Positions 27,267 through 40,915 of a stretch of 64,000 bases of DNA are shown piece after piece. The DNA is taken from the NCBI RefSeq assembly GCF_963921235.1, contig NC_086097.1, forward strand, positions 106,580,001 through 106,644,000, read 5' to 3'. Below the pieces are notes generated by a model. The model saw only the letters and a program-made list of their open reading frames with translations, had not been told where the DNA came from and ran no database searches. The stretch's first letter is position 1. Each line of letters starts with the position of its first letter. Source of the stretch: Mobula hypostoma. Its lineage: Eukaryota. Both the position numbers and the translations under genes were made by a program.

Positions 27267-28849
27267 TCAATATGGCTCAATGGTTGGTATTTTACTGACA
27301 GCATTAATGCATTTGTACCCAATTAATTTATAAATCTTGAACTTTCAAGGGACATAGCACAGTGCACAGATATCCCTCAGCTGACTGGAGTTATCTCTAA
27401 TACTCTGTGCTGTATTGTTAAATAAAATAAACTATTTCATACCTGTAACGCACAATGGAAGTACAAGTATATAGCTTCTCATCAGTTCAAGCACAGGGTT
27501 TAGGAAAACACAGTGTAGTCAAGGACAGTGGCACGATACTTTCAAAATGGATAAATAATATTAACACTGAGATTTCAAGTAAATACTTAGTGTGGATAAT
27601 GCCATCAACAGCAGGAGCATGATTGGCAGAGGTACCCCTGAACTTCAAAATCCAAGTCTTCTCATCATCACTGGATCAGTTTTCATATAAATAACAAAAT
27701 ACAAAACCTACCCAAACTATGTGAATACCACACAAGTCTGTTTGAAATATGTGCAACTAAACAGTGGCAGTTTATCACTGGTGAAACTTAATTGCCAAAA
27801 AACAATAAAATTACACCAGAGCATCATTAGGATCAGAAAAATTCAGCTATAACTTGTTTCTCATCTTTATCAGCTGCAAAGGTTTGCCAGTATTTGGAAT
27901 AATCATGTAATTTTTTAAATAAAGTTATTTTTTCCCCATGAATCTAGCATTTTAAGGATAATTTCTCCACTCATCTACTTATTCTCACTTTCTCTCAAGC
28001 ATTATTATATAAATAAGATATATCACTGCCAGCTACCAACACCACACTACACAGTAAATGTGAGGACGAATAATGCACTTGCATTTAAATTAGAAGCACA
28101 GGTATAAATGCAGCACTGCAGTTATGACAAAACACTAATTAAAGCCTTGGCCTTGAAATACCATCATACTGAGCATGATTTTTTAAGTGGCATAGGTTTT
28201 GAAAGCCATGTAAAATCAACTGCAAATTGTGATTGGTAAATTATAGCGCATAGCGCAAAGCGCAGAATCAAATATCACTGTGATGATTATATGTTCTAGT
28301 ATCAATTGTTTGGCGACAATAAAGTATAAAGTACCTTGTGCGCATGAAAATATTTGAATACATGGTTCTATATAGATTAAGCAGAAAGTATGCAGTGGGC
28401 AAGAGCAATCTTTATTCAATCTTCAAGCGCCACCCCATCTGTCATTTTAACCTCACTGCCAGTCTTGCCCGTGTTGTCATTAACCTCCTCTACTTTTATA
28501 AAGTTTTACAAAAATAACAGTATCTCATCTTCTAGCATTGCAATCTTTTGAAATTGTTATTGAATTGTATTTACAGATAAAGGCTCCCATTTACATCTCC
28601 TAGACTCACAGACAAGAATCCAGGTTTTTATTCTTTTTCTATTATCATACTCTTTTACCTTGCACTTGTTTAACATCTAATTTCTATTGCCTTTCATGCT
28701 TACCTAGAGCATCCCTTTGGTTCTTCTTTCCTCTTTCCAATTTCTCTCCCATATGTTTAACTTCTTCATAATTCTAATGGAAGGTCATTGTTCTGAGAAA
28801 CTTCACTGTTACCCTCTCCATGGTTGCTAACTGACCTTCTGAAGCAGCA

Positions 28850-29622
28850 GGGTTTAAGATGGCGCTGGTGATGGCAGTGACTACTTATCGGCGGCATAAA
28901 AGCAAAACAAAGAAAACTACTTATTAATAACACTTTACTAACAATGATCAATGCTAACAATGGAGTGGCAAGCAGTGCCACAGGCGCAGGTGAGAAATGG
29001 TCAAGGAAAGTGGAGGCGCAGGGAAGGCATGGTCAAGGCAAGCGGAGGTAGAGACGGGGTCGAAGCAGTTGTGGCATCCTCAAAGTCCTGATATCTAATC
29101 GATTTAGGTGTCAGGCCGAATTGGAAAGGTCAGTAAGGGCCAAATCGTGGCAGTGGGGTTCAGGCCCCAGAGCAGACTGAGAGTGAGGAACAAACCAATG
29201 TTTGGATGATTTAAGTGCTGGGACAGATTGAAAAGGCCAGGGTATCAGGACCAGAGACAAGATGAAGGCCAGTTCTGCTCCGTGACATTTCCTCAGCTTC
29301 GTGCTCAACTGAGATTGTGGCCTGCTCCGAATGCAGTGATGCCTGGCATGGCATCTGTGGTCTCACAACGTTTACTCGGCTTTGCAATGAACTGAGGCTG
29401 TGGCCCGCTCCAACCAGAGTGATGTCTTTCATAAAACTTTAGTTCTGACACTATTTGTTTATTTTTATTGTTTGCACTATTTGTTTTTCTTTTCTCTCTC
29501 TGTGCATTGGGTGTTTGACAGTCTTTTTTAATGGGTTCTTTTGAGGTTTCTTTGCTTAGTGGCAGCCTGTAAGGACATGAATCTTTGATACGTACTTTGA
29601 TAATAAAGGTACTTTGAACTTT
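28850..29622 (+). mobile_element. Non-coding LINE-tailed element nested in an old Penelope-like terminal repeat
   Basis: Starts AAGATGGCG and ends taataaaggtactttgaacttt like the Rex1/Babar-like 3' ends here; host sequence resumes at ctgagcattcc. Confidence 0.5.
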
Positions 29623-29829
29623 ACTGAGCATTCCTAGCAATTTCTGACTTTATTTCAGAAATTTCCTGCACTATTGATCACAAGGGTAAGTTGCATATTT
29701 ATGGATCAACTTGATCAGAAAGTGGATTCTTGTCTATGAGTCTAGAAGATGTAAATGGGAAAAATAGAGATTTTATCTGTAAATACAATAGGCAAATATT
29801 GTAACGGTGAAAATTAGTAATCACTGAAA

Positions 29830-30065
29830 ATTACTTGGTTCAATGCCAATTCCAAAAGATGTAATGCTGGAAGATGGGATTCTGTTACTTAAACTTATGT
29901 AAAACTTCATCAAAAGTACAGGAGGTTGAAGACAGTCAGGCAAGATTGGGAGTGAGATTAAAGTGACAGATGATCAGAAGTGTGGGGTTAAGCCTGAGGA
30001 TTGAATGGAGCTGTTTGACAAAATAGTCGTCCAATCTGCATTTAGTTTCCGGGATGGAGATCATA
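29830..30065 (-). mobile_element. Old Penelope-like element fragment (GIY-YIG endonuclease region)
   Basis: ETKCRLDDYFVKQLHSI...IICHFNLTP, a decayed form of GETxRxLxxRFxEH...VAxHFNS. Confidence 0.55.
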
Positions 30066-33000
30066 AGCACAAATCTGCATGATGGTATCGAAGACATAAA
30101 CAGGACAGAAAATGGAGCAACGGGGTTATTACACAAAGTGGGGGGATGAAAGAGTGATTGATGTATTTGTGGGAGATGATGACTTTGAGCCTGTTCCAGA
30201 AAAAAAGTAATTTCAGGAAAAGGGAGAGAGCCAAATATCCATTATTTGAAAGTGAAAGAAGGGCGAAAATTGTCAGCAAAGCAGATAACGTGTTCCACAT
30301 CAGGACAAAAGCAGGTATCAAAATCAATATATGAGAAAATAGTGAGAGCGGGTCTGAAAGGGACTGAAATAAGTAATGTTTAAGAATCTCACAAAGAGAC
30401 AGGTACAGCATGGAAATTCTCACATTAGCACTTAGCATTGGAGAAAGTGAATGAAGTTTAAGTGTTCAATATGAGGACAAGGAGGGTGGTTGTGGAGAGT
30501 AGTTGCTTTTCCAATTAAGAAGGATGTGAAGAGCCTCAAGCCATTGAGTTTGGCTGTGGAGATGAAGCCCACAATTATTTCAAATTTCTTAGATTTCGGG
30601 TCAATCCAGCAGCAATGTTAAAGGAAGGCCTTTTATGGTCTGGTTATGAGGATTTTCTTCCTCGTGTCCTTGAGGACCACTTCACAGTATGAAACCTCAG
30701 ACAGATAGTTGGTCACTGCTGAAATGCAACTGGATGCTTGTCACCATTCAAACTAGAACGATGAGAGATCATGAGCACTTGGCCATGGTCATCTCTATCA
30801 ACATGAAATATCACCATTTTCCCTTGATAGTATTACTGTTGTCCTTGCCCCAGACAGTGACATCCAAAGGATTTACCAATGTCCAGAAACTGACATGAAG
30901 CATTTAACTTGTTTGGCAGCACATCCAGATAAAGTGCATTTTCTATAGTAAGGGACACAACTCCTGACCTTGAAAGAATTTCAATCATTTACAAGATACA
31001 ATTCAGGTCTGCAGAAGATGTTCTCATCAGCTGCAAAGACACTGAGGAATGTTTTCTACTTAACCTCTGTGTGTACAGCCCCAAAGATAGTAACGAAGAT
31101 TTAACTCATTCAGGACATAGCAGTCCTTTCAATTGCTAACTTCATTAACCATTTTGAACCTGCAGTTTGTACATTGTAGAAATAGCTTGGAAACAACTTG
31201 TCAACACTGCTCCACCACATTGAAAAGTCTTCATATGCACTGCCTAGGAACACCAGGTTATGAATCTGTGATGACCCAAAAATTATACACCATCCTGCAC
31301 TAAAGTATATTTTCTCACAATTAAATAAAGAGCCAAAATAATCACAATTTAATCAGAATATAACTAATATTGTTCAACGGTCTTAAAACATATTTAATAG
31401 TCCAATGAAAATCACATTGTCTGAGAGAAAGGAGTTAAAGAGAATGGTGGAACAGAGGGATGAGGGGAGGAAGAGGAAGGGGAGAGAGAGTGAGAAAGAG
31501 GGAGAATGAGACTATAAAACAGAAAGAGTGAAAGATGCTTATGAAATCAGAGAGGGAAGAGAGAGGGATGAGGAGTGGAGAAAAACAGACAAGGAAAGAA
31601 AAGAATGTAAAGAAAAAACATGCTGTTATGAAGCTGGAGAGTGCACAGTGAATCAAGCAGAGGAGCTATCCTAATTTTATATCCAGAAGAGGTTGCCTTT
31701 CACCGCATGTTCTGCTTTCTCCTGATACCTCTTCTTTGGTGATCCCCTTTACCCCATTCTAGCTCTCTCCATCTGTTTCCTACCCCTTCTCTGCCTTTCT
31801 TCTCATTCTCCTTTTGTCTCTCTCTCCTCCTCCTCCTCAAACACAACACACATAGATTGAGTCACACTTGCTCAGTTTGTATGAGAGCTATGAACATAAT
31901 TGAGTCTGCGAGTATTGTAATAGAGCCAGCCGCCATATCTTTGCTGACGGACTCTGCGACAAATTCTGTGCAGGTTAGAAGTAAGACGGCAGATGTAGAG
32001 TAGTAAACATCACAAGTGTTTCAGTGTTCATAGTCATCAGCCTTTGTGTATAGGTTCTTATTCAATATCTTCATTAAAGTGTACTGCACTGGAGCAAACT
32101 TGGTGTATGATCTTCCCTTCAAAGGTCTAACGTACAAGCTCTCCTTCTTCCACGCCACTGCTGCATGTCTTGTGGCTCACTGTGCGCAGACTGAATTTCT
32201 AATTTACCCACCAGTGTGTACAAACTCCCAAGATCTAAGCCAGTGAATGGGATGAGGAGATTGTCCATTATCTACTTCTGAGTATGAAGGTTTATTCACC
32301 AAACCTCTGCAGCAGGCATTTCCAAGGTACCCAAATGTTTAGTCATTGTGAGACAAATAGTTGAAGGCAGAAGGGAGTAAAGATTGAGGGATTATAAATA
32401 TGATAGGACGCTAAAAGGAGTACAATAATTTCACCTTCAACTATTTCTGAACGTGTGCTATCTTTGCATGTGTTGTGTGTTTACCATCGAGCATTAAGGG
32501 TATCTGTCCAGCTATTTGCCCCTTCAACCTGAAATCTGAGGTTAGTTGAAGCACCATGCTACAATGAAGCAGAAAATGCTGGAAACACTCAAGAGATCCT
32601 TACTCTGTTTCAACTTCCACAGATGCTGCCTGACATGCTGACAGCTCCAGAGTGTCAGGCAGCATCTTATAGAAGTTGAAACAGAGTTAAGGATTCATGT
32701 CTGAAACATTCCATCAGAATCTAAGTCTGCTGTCTGATTTTTTTTGGCATTTTCTGTTTTCATTTCAGATTTCCAGGATCTGCAGTATTTCTTGTTTTTC
32801 ATACTAGCTGTTCTGTCTGTGCTACATACCTTGTCAAAATTCACTTGGGATGCAGAATAACTTCAGTCAGCCATCATGTCTCATTTAAAGATGCAGGCAT
32901 GCCACTGTCTGGTGCACGGGACACTTGAAATAACTTGTGCTAATAAAAAATAAATTACAAAGCACACTGCTCACCACACAAATGCTTGAATAAGATGTGT

Positions 33001-33084
33001 ACATAACCTTAAGCAAACCATGCTGACGTAGGTGTAGAGCCCCTTACAATGTCACTTTTTGATCAGCAACTGAAATTCTAAGCT

Positions 33085-33470
33085 CAGAATCAGGGTTGAT
33101 CATATGTCATGAAATTTGTTGTTACACAGCAGCTGTACATTGCAATACATAATAATAAAAGCTTTGGATTGCAGTAAATTTATAAATATATATAGACAGA
33201 TAGAATATAGATCAGAGAATTGAGTGTGAGTCATCTTAACTATTTTGCATATTCTGTTTTCTGGCAATTTATATATAAAATAGTTAAATTAAATAAGTAG
33301 TGCAAAAGAAGTAGTGAGATAGTGTTCATGGGTTCAATGCCCATTCTGAAATCTGATGGCAGAGGGGAATAAGCCGTTCCTAAATCATTGAGTGTCTGTC
33401 TTCAGGCTTCTATACCTCCTTTCTGATGGCAGTAATGAGAAGAGGGCATGTCCTGGGTGATGGGGAACTT
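33085..33470 (-). mobile_element. Rex1/Babar-like LINE 3' fragment, followed by a CR1 3' tail (33490-33640, +)
   Basis: (TCAGAA)-type tail; paralogous to 62564-63000. Confidence 0.65.
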
Positions 33471-34929
33471 TTTCTGTAATGTTTTCTAATTAGGGTGGTT
33501 GTTTGGACAGGTATATGGAGCTCAGAAAAATAGAGGGCTATGGGTAACCCTAGGTAATTTCTCAGGTAAGAACATGTTCGGCACAGCTTTGTTGTCTGAA
33601 GGGCCTGCATTGTGCTGTAGGTTTTTTATGTTTCTATGTTCCTAAAATTTACTTAAATTTTCTCATACTGCACCACATATCTAGAAAATTAACCAACAGC
33701 ATACAAAATTTCAGATATTTTGTTAGTGTGCTGACATGCAGTAAATATTCCCATTTCTATGCACTGGGCAAAAATATCCAATTTTATCAAGCTTACATAA
33801 ATCCTTATTTATATAGAAACCAGCCAGTAATATCTACATACAATTTTATGTTCTTTATGAAAATAAAATTTATAAAAAAACCTGTCATTGTGAATGGAGA
33901 TCATCTTTGCAGGCAAATATTTGGATAACTTAGTTACATCTTTAGCAAGTATTTTTAACCAGATATCATAGATGCACACAATTGGATTTGAATTTTACCA
34001 TAAATAAATGCTGTCCCAAAAATTGGAATGACAGACTAACCTATAATGCAGAGAGTGTTCTTCCCGAAAACAGTATAATTCAATCATGTATTCTCTGGAA
34101 ATGGCTAACCTTAGGGAGTTTATGTGCATCTATCTATATCACTGTCAAATGAAGACAAATAGTTTAGAAAGACACATGTTACTGATTAGACTGAGCATTT
34201 GTCACAATTACAGCATAGATGGTTCCTATGCAGTACAATGCATTAATTAGAAAGACTTAAATAATAATGTAATAATTAAGATGAGAAAAATGCTGCACTG
34301 TCACACTGCATTTTACAAACAAATAAGGCTCAGTTATTCCACAGGGAACTGTTATTAAACCTTCTGAATTTGGGACTGACACAGTATCAAGAGGGAGCAA
34401 AGATAGTTTCGGTCTGTGTCCAGTAATGCTTTTTCTAGTCTCGTATCCTAAATGTAAAGCACTGCATTGCACAGTATTGCTAACTCTCAATGTGATGGCT
34501 ATAAAACATTAACAAAAGTATATAAATCAAAGAAACAAAATTTAATATGCATTGTATCTGGTTCTGCATTACATTTAACTTTGTAAGGAACATAATATTC
34601 TTTGAAGGAAAATGGAAATCTGTTTGACATTCATCGAGTTATCATGCATGAGGAAATACAGCAGAGTCTGAAATTATTGCAGACCACTGGCAATTTTAAT
34701 AAATTGAATGGAATCACAATTATTTGTAATCTATGTTGAATTTAATTGATTGTAAAGGAAGGCAATGGGGTTTATAATAGAGAGTCTGCTTTGTTAAGTG
34801 TAACGACGGAAATAAAATAGAAAAATGGAGGTTGGATTTTCCAAAGTTTTGGCTGAAATCTCTTGAAAATTTCACCTTTCTTTCTATTAAAGTTAAGGTG
34901 ACACTATTACAATTCGAGGTATTCTATGT

Positions 34930-35098
34930 GTGTGTTTCTTCCCACAGTCCAAAGACGTTCCAGGTAGGTTAATTGGTCATTGTAAATTATCCTGTGATCA
35001 GGTTAGGGTTAATTGCTTTAATCAGGGGTTGCTGGGGGCTGCATTACTTGAAGAGCCAGAAGGACCTATTCTGCACTGTATCACTAAATAAATAAATA
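34930..35098 (+). mobile_element. HE1/V-SINE-like 3' half
   Basis: Paralogous to 27090-27266. Confidence 0.75.
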
Positions 35099-38000
35099 TA
35101 AGCCTTATCGTTTCACAGGAATAATTTACATCAGAAACAAAATATACTGATCAATTGCTGAATGGAAATCAAATTAAAAATAATTAGCAGAAAACAGAAT
35201 ATGTAAAACAGTTAAGATGACTTTCACACTCAATTCTCTGATCTATATTTTTGGGGGGAAGACTTTGTTCTATGACAACAACTTAATTCAGTTTACGTGT
35301 CAGGGCAGCAAAGCTAAAAAAATAGTGGATTAAAAATATTGGTGTACAAAAATGCAACTATCAAGAATTTCAGTTGTAGGCTCCTGCTGCATTTCCAATT
35401 CCATTCAAACCCCCGATGCCTGAGAAGACACAATTTTCAGAGCAGAAAGTATGTCATCTATATCATATGAGGCATCAGGAGCCAGGGAGATCAGATCAGG
35501 AAGGCTGGTAGGTTTGTAAGATCACAGGTGGGGTCCTACATCAGAGGAATCAGAAGGTATGGGGGATCTTAGGTTTGGGGAAATCAGACCTGTGTGTTAT
35601 AGGGTGGGACTAAGACTGGAAAATTGTCAAGAAATGATGGGGCATTCATGGAAAATGGTTGTCGGTGCCACGTAGGGAGGTTACAGGGCCAAACTTAGTA
35701 TTGCTGCGCTAAAGCATGGTTGTCCTAGGAGCAATCTATGATGGTCACTCCTAGGATAAACCAAGTTAATTCCCTGAAATATTCCAAAAGGTTGCAGTAC
35801 AGGGTTGGTGTCAACACACATGGAAACTGATTGGACATCTGAATCAGTTACACGGTGGTGACTTACACTAGGAAGCACCTGTCAAATTTTTGAGTCACAC
35901 AAAAAAAGGCAGAAAATACTTGTTCTTTTCTTTGTAGGATAATAGATCTTCATCTGTATAATTCTTCAAAATATAACATTAGACAATTAAATTTATGGAT
36001 CAGTATTTCAAAATCCTGTTTCTCAGGCAATATGGTTATTAACCCATGGAAGAGACTGCTTCACAACTCCTGCTCTGTTTTTATTCCTCAACCAAATTAT
36101 TAATTGACTTTTCTCGTCCTGCTCAACAACGTAATGTTTAATTTATATAACAGGAAAAAGTGTTTTACAGCCTTATATAGCAAAGAGCATATTGTGTCAT
36201 TACTAAAATTATTTATTCATTTTTATCATCAATGTAAACTTACAATATACTCCCCAAAATTAGCCCTGACAGTTTTCAATTAGTAACAACTAACTTGGAT
36301 ATTATAATATTCACTAATAAAAACACAGTATGGGTTGCGCAGTTTAAAAAAAACAAGATGGCGTTACCATATTGATGCACTGTATCTGACCAATTAAAGT
36401 TTGTGTCTGGGATTACATCAATGGCAGCTTTGCTTATGCTTTGTGTTTCCTTGCAAACAAGTTTCCCTAAATTCCCTGTGCCAGCTCCTGCAGCCTCTGT
36501 GGATGGGGAAATTATGTATTTGCTTCATATACTGTAGATATTTCTAATCAAACATGGGATTATAGAATGCTAACAGCACAATAAGAAACCATTCAGCCCT
36601 TTGAGTTTTTGCCAGCTCTTAGTGAGAACAGTGCAGCAAGTCTTAATGCCAACTAGTAACATAACCACTTCTTCCCTGGAACTATTATAGTGATTGTTTC
36701 CTGCACCTCTGTGCCAAGGTGCTGACACGTGCTGTCAATAGGTGCAATCTAACAGAACTTTCAGTGTTACATACTGCAGGTATGACTCAGGATTTTCTCT
36801 CATGGTGTGTAATAGCTTCCCAATCCTCCTGACTATGCTATTATCTTGCTCCTAAATGTCCCTTATTCTAAACTGCATGGGGTATAACAATGATAATTTC
36901 CTTATAGTAACCATGTGTCAGAAAACTCACCACCTGTTTTTATGTGTTTGACGAATGTAAATAAATTTAATAAATAGACATTTAACAAAATACAAATTCG
37001 GGCAACTTGCAGAGTATACCCAAAAGTACCAAGCATGACTTCACCATCAGAACATACTTTAGATGTCAAATTCATACAAACAAACCATTACACTGGAGCG
37101 AGATTCTTTTCCCTACGAAAAAAGTCAAAACCCCTGCATAACAATAACAGGGAAAAATCAGAACATTTTCAGCAGAAAGATGAGCCATTTCAAAATCCTT
37201 GTGTCCTATCAGACAAATTAAAGCAAATCAAGCATGAAATGAAGCAGAAGAGCCCTGAGATAACGGTCCTCTAAGTCGTTTACAGATTAGGATATGGAGG
37301 TGCATCTGGTCTTTGACTGCGGAGGCGGGCAGCTCCTCATTCAAAATTCAGCCTGTGCTTGCGATTTACCTTCGCTCCCATAAGAGAAGTTAAATCTACA
37401 TCTGCAAATGTTGTTAGCTGACAACATTCAAACAGTATTAAACTGTTAGGTGCTCTTTACCATCTGCTTGCTAATAAAAGACCACATTTTTCTGCACAAT
37501 TAATCCAATTATGTTAAGTGATTCTCCAAAACCTTTACATATTTCACGATAGGCAGAGGAGATATTTATATTACAGATGCACCTGAGAGAAAGACATTGC
37601 AAAACATTCACACATTTATTTTTTCAGTAACATATAGTATGTAAAAATTATTTGGCTTCTTAAATTTGCGAGATAAACATCTGAGTTTTCCTACTCATGT
37701 TAATTTTAATGTCAAGATTAAAACCCTCAGAAATCTTAAAAATGTTTTGAACAAGGACTTCTCTTTAATATGAATGCCTTGATTCATTGGTACAGTATTA
37801 GACCCACACTTCAATCACTCAAGCAACTAATTGTCTGACTAGATTATTTATTTTTATTCATTCCTGAGAAATGAACATTGCTGACAAGTCTACACTTGAT
37901 CCACACTTGTAACAGCCCTTCAGAAGGTATTGTGCTGCCTTCGTAAATATCTTTGTAAAGTTACGCAAGGAGTTTTAGGACTTTGACCTGACGGTGATGC

Positions 38001-39439
38001 AGAAACAGCATTGCATTTACAAGTCAAGGTGCTATGAAATTAAAAGGATAGAAGTGGAAGTGTTTGCTGGGCCAGTCCTTGTAGATGGAAGAGGTTAAAT
38101 GATTAGGAAAACCTGCTGCAGGAATGTTACAATGCTGCACACTCCATTCACATCAAATTAAGCCAATTACTGCAAATCAATTTACCTCAAAAAATAAAGG
38201 TTGTGATGCAAGATGTCACAGACATTGCTATTAGACACCACGTACTTAAATTCTGTCATTTTCACCAGGAACATTCAGGTACAGGCCTTTGTGCAAACTT
38301 AACTCAAACATGGTCAAAATGAAATACACCAGTGATGTGACCATGACTGTCTTTGATGCTGGTCTTGCCTAAGCTTCACTCTGTGTGGCATTGAGGAAGT
38401 GTTGGAAAATTTTATCATTGGCTAGAATCATGCCTAGTAAAAAGAAGTTTGCTAAATTGTTGGGGGGCAATTAATTCAGGAGCAGAACACCGCTGCATGA
38501 GTTTCTCAGGACACAGTCATCAGCACATAAGAAATGGAAAGAGGAGAAGGCTATTTGACCATTCAGATCTGCTCCATCATTCATTAAGCATCTCCAACAA
38601 TTTTTAGACAATTTCCCATATCCCATAATTCCCTTAATGTCCATAAATATAATGACCTTTGCTTTCGGTGAACTCTACGACTGAGCCTGACAAGGTAGGG
38701 AATTGTAAAGATCGCCACCCTAAAAAAGAATAATTTTTACCCCTCTAAGTCCCTGGCACAGCCATCCACAGCCGTTCATGAATGATCTTCCCTCAAAGGT
38801 ATGGTCTGAAATGACTGAGTTTATTGTTGACTGAATATGGTGCACTCCAATCATAGTTCCTCAAATAATAAAATAAGTCTCTGCCTGCATGTTCTGAATT
38901 CAAGCTCAGGGTCATATAGGAAGTCACACTCTACCCACACAAATGCCAAGTGTCCAACAACCTCTCCTTGTTATATAGAGATATTAGCTCTACAAATCCT
39001 CCTTAAACATCATACTGCAAATCACTATGTACGAGAATTTTAACTGAACCAGTGACATAAATATAATGGCTCCAAGGGGAGGTCTGGTACCTTTTCACAA
39101 ATTTTTCCTCTGCTGACTGTCCTCAGCCTTTCTTCCAGGCACAAGTACAAACCTCAACAATCTTTCACTTTATAACTTAAATGCCAATCTTTATACTAGA
39201 AAATGCTAGTTGAAGTATTCTTTAGTGTCATAGCCAGTAAGTTTTTGGGGTCTACAGTCTTTGCTGTAAACACTGTAGGGACTCAGCTGTTTCTGGAACA
39301 GATTTTTTCCAGCAACATTTACATAAATGATCTACAGAATTGGTTAGAATTGCTGCAAAAATATCAATGCCTAAAGTCTCAAGGACAATTAAAAGATTTT
39401 TTTTAAAGATTGTTATCTCAGAGACAACCTGACAATTCT

Positions 39440-40800
39440 CAATAGGAATCTTAAAGTGTCAACAATATCTGGCCTGCCTTGAAGTGTACCGTAATCAGCA
39501 CCTGCTAAAATAACCTAGGCTTCTCTGTCAGACACACCAGGATTCATCTGACATGAATGCTCAAAAAATGCAGAAGTTAATTAGACACATATGCATGAAA
39601 TTCTTGGATTGTGCATTCCACAACACTGCATCAGAGGAAAAACAGAAGTTCTACAGGCACTAGAGGGCCAAGTTGATAAAAAAAATGATCTAAAGAACAG
39701 ATTGTGGACGTAAGGAATGTTGAATATAGCAAGAAACCAAAAATCCACATATGATTGAATTCCTCAGTGTCATTGAAACCTTCTACCCAAGGACCCACCC
39801 TGCTGGGAGCCGAGGTCAGAGTCAGGCTGATCATAAACAGAGAGGAGTCAGGATCTGCTGAAAGGTTCAATCCAAACTCCTCAACCAAGTCTCTGGCTTT
39901 GATGAAAACATCCTCAATTCTAACAAACTATCCAGTTCACTTTCCCCATCACCTCAGAACAATGAGTTTGAAAAGGCCAACTAAAAAAAAAACCAAGCTA
40001 CTGGAGCTGATATCACCTGGTTAATTCTTAAACTTGGCTAAGAGGAAATTCAATCACAAGTTGGCAGCCTTATTTTTCTCATCTAGGAAAAGATGTGCAA
40101 AGGGATCTTGAAAATGCTATAATTACAAACCATCTCAGAGAAAGGAGAAATGTCCTGTTGCAGTAATTACAGGGAGATCTCCCTGTTGTCTGCCACAGAA
40201 ATGTTATTGAAAGAGTCCTCATCAATCACTGCTATTAATGACTGAAGAGGCTGGGAATAAGTTCATGTTCTACTGGACAGCAGTGATCCTGACTTTCTTG
40301 TATTCTTTTGAGACATGGACTCCTTACTGCAGACATCCCAAAGCCCTGGATGCATTAAAAATTGCTGTCTGCACAAAATTCTCCAAATTCACTCAGATGA
40401 GAAGTGAACTGATCAGCATCGTCTTCTGAGACAACATTCCAGCATCAAAGTTCTAATTATACCTAGGCAACTTTCAAGCAAATCACATCACATTTTCCTA
40501 ACAACAGACTCCTGAAACAGGCTCTCTAATTCTGAGCTCCATCACTGCGAGAAATTACAAGACAGAGACACTGCTTCAAGGATATTCTCAAAGACTGCTT
40601 GAAAATGGCACAACATCCTTATTAACTCCTGAGAATCCCTCAAAACAGAGAACCACCCAGAATAACAATGCGAATATGTTTGTCAGGAGTATGCAAAATC
40701 AGAGGCACACCATCTCTGATCCTACCCTTCCTCCCTATTACGCACCTTCTTCTCCACCTGTGGCAGAGACTGTAAATCTCATAATGGCCTCATTAGTCCC
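39440..40800 (+). mobile_element. Highly decayed RTE-clade LINE
   Basis: FYWTAVILTFLYSFETWTPYCRHPKALD (RTE YxAVVxxxLLYGxETW motif); aattacagggagatctccctgttgtct is NYRGISLLS-like. Confidence 0.6.
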
Positions 40801-40875
40801 TTCACAAACTAGAGAAATGGAATGGAAGCAGATCATTCCCAACCTATGAAATTGTCCACAAAAGATACACAACTA

Positions 40876-40876
<1 letters not shown>

Positions 40877-40911
<35 letters not shown>
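40877..40911. repeat. (CA)n microsatellite
   Basis: Pure CA run. Confidence 0.98.
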
Positions 40912-40915
<4 letters not shown>

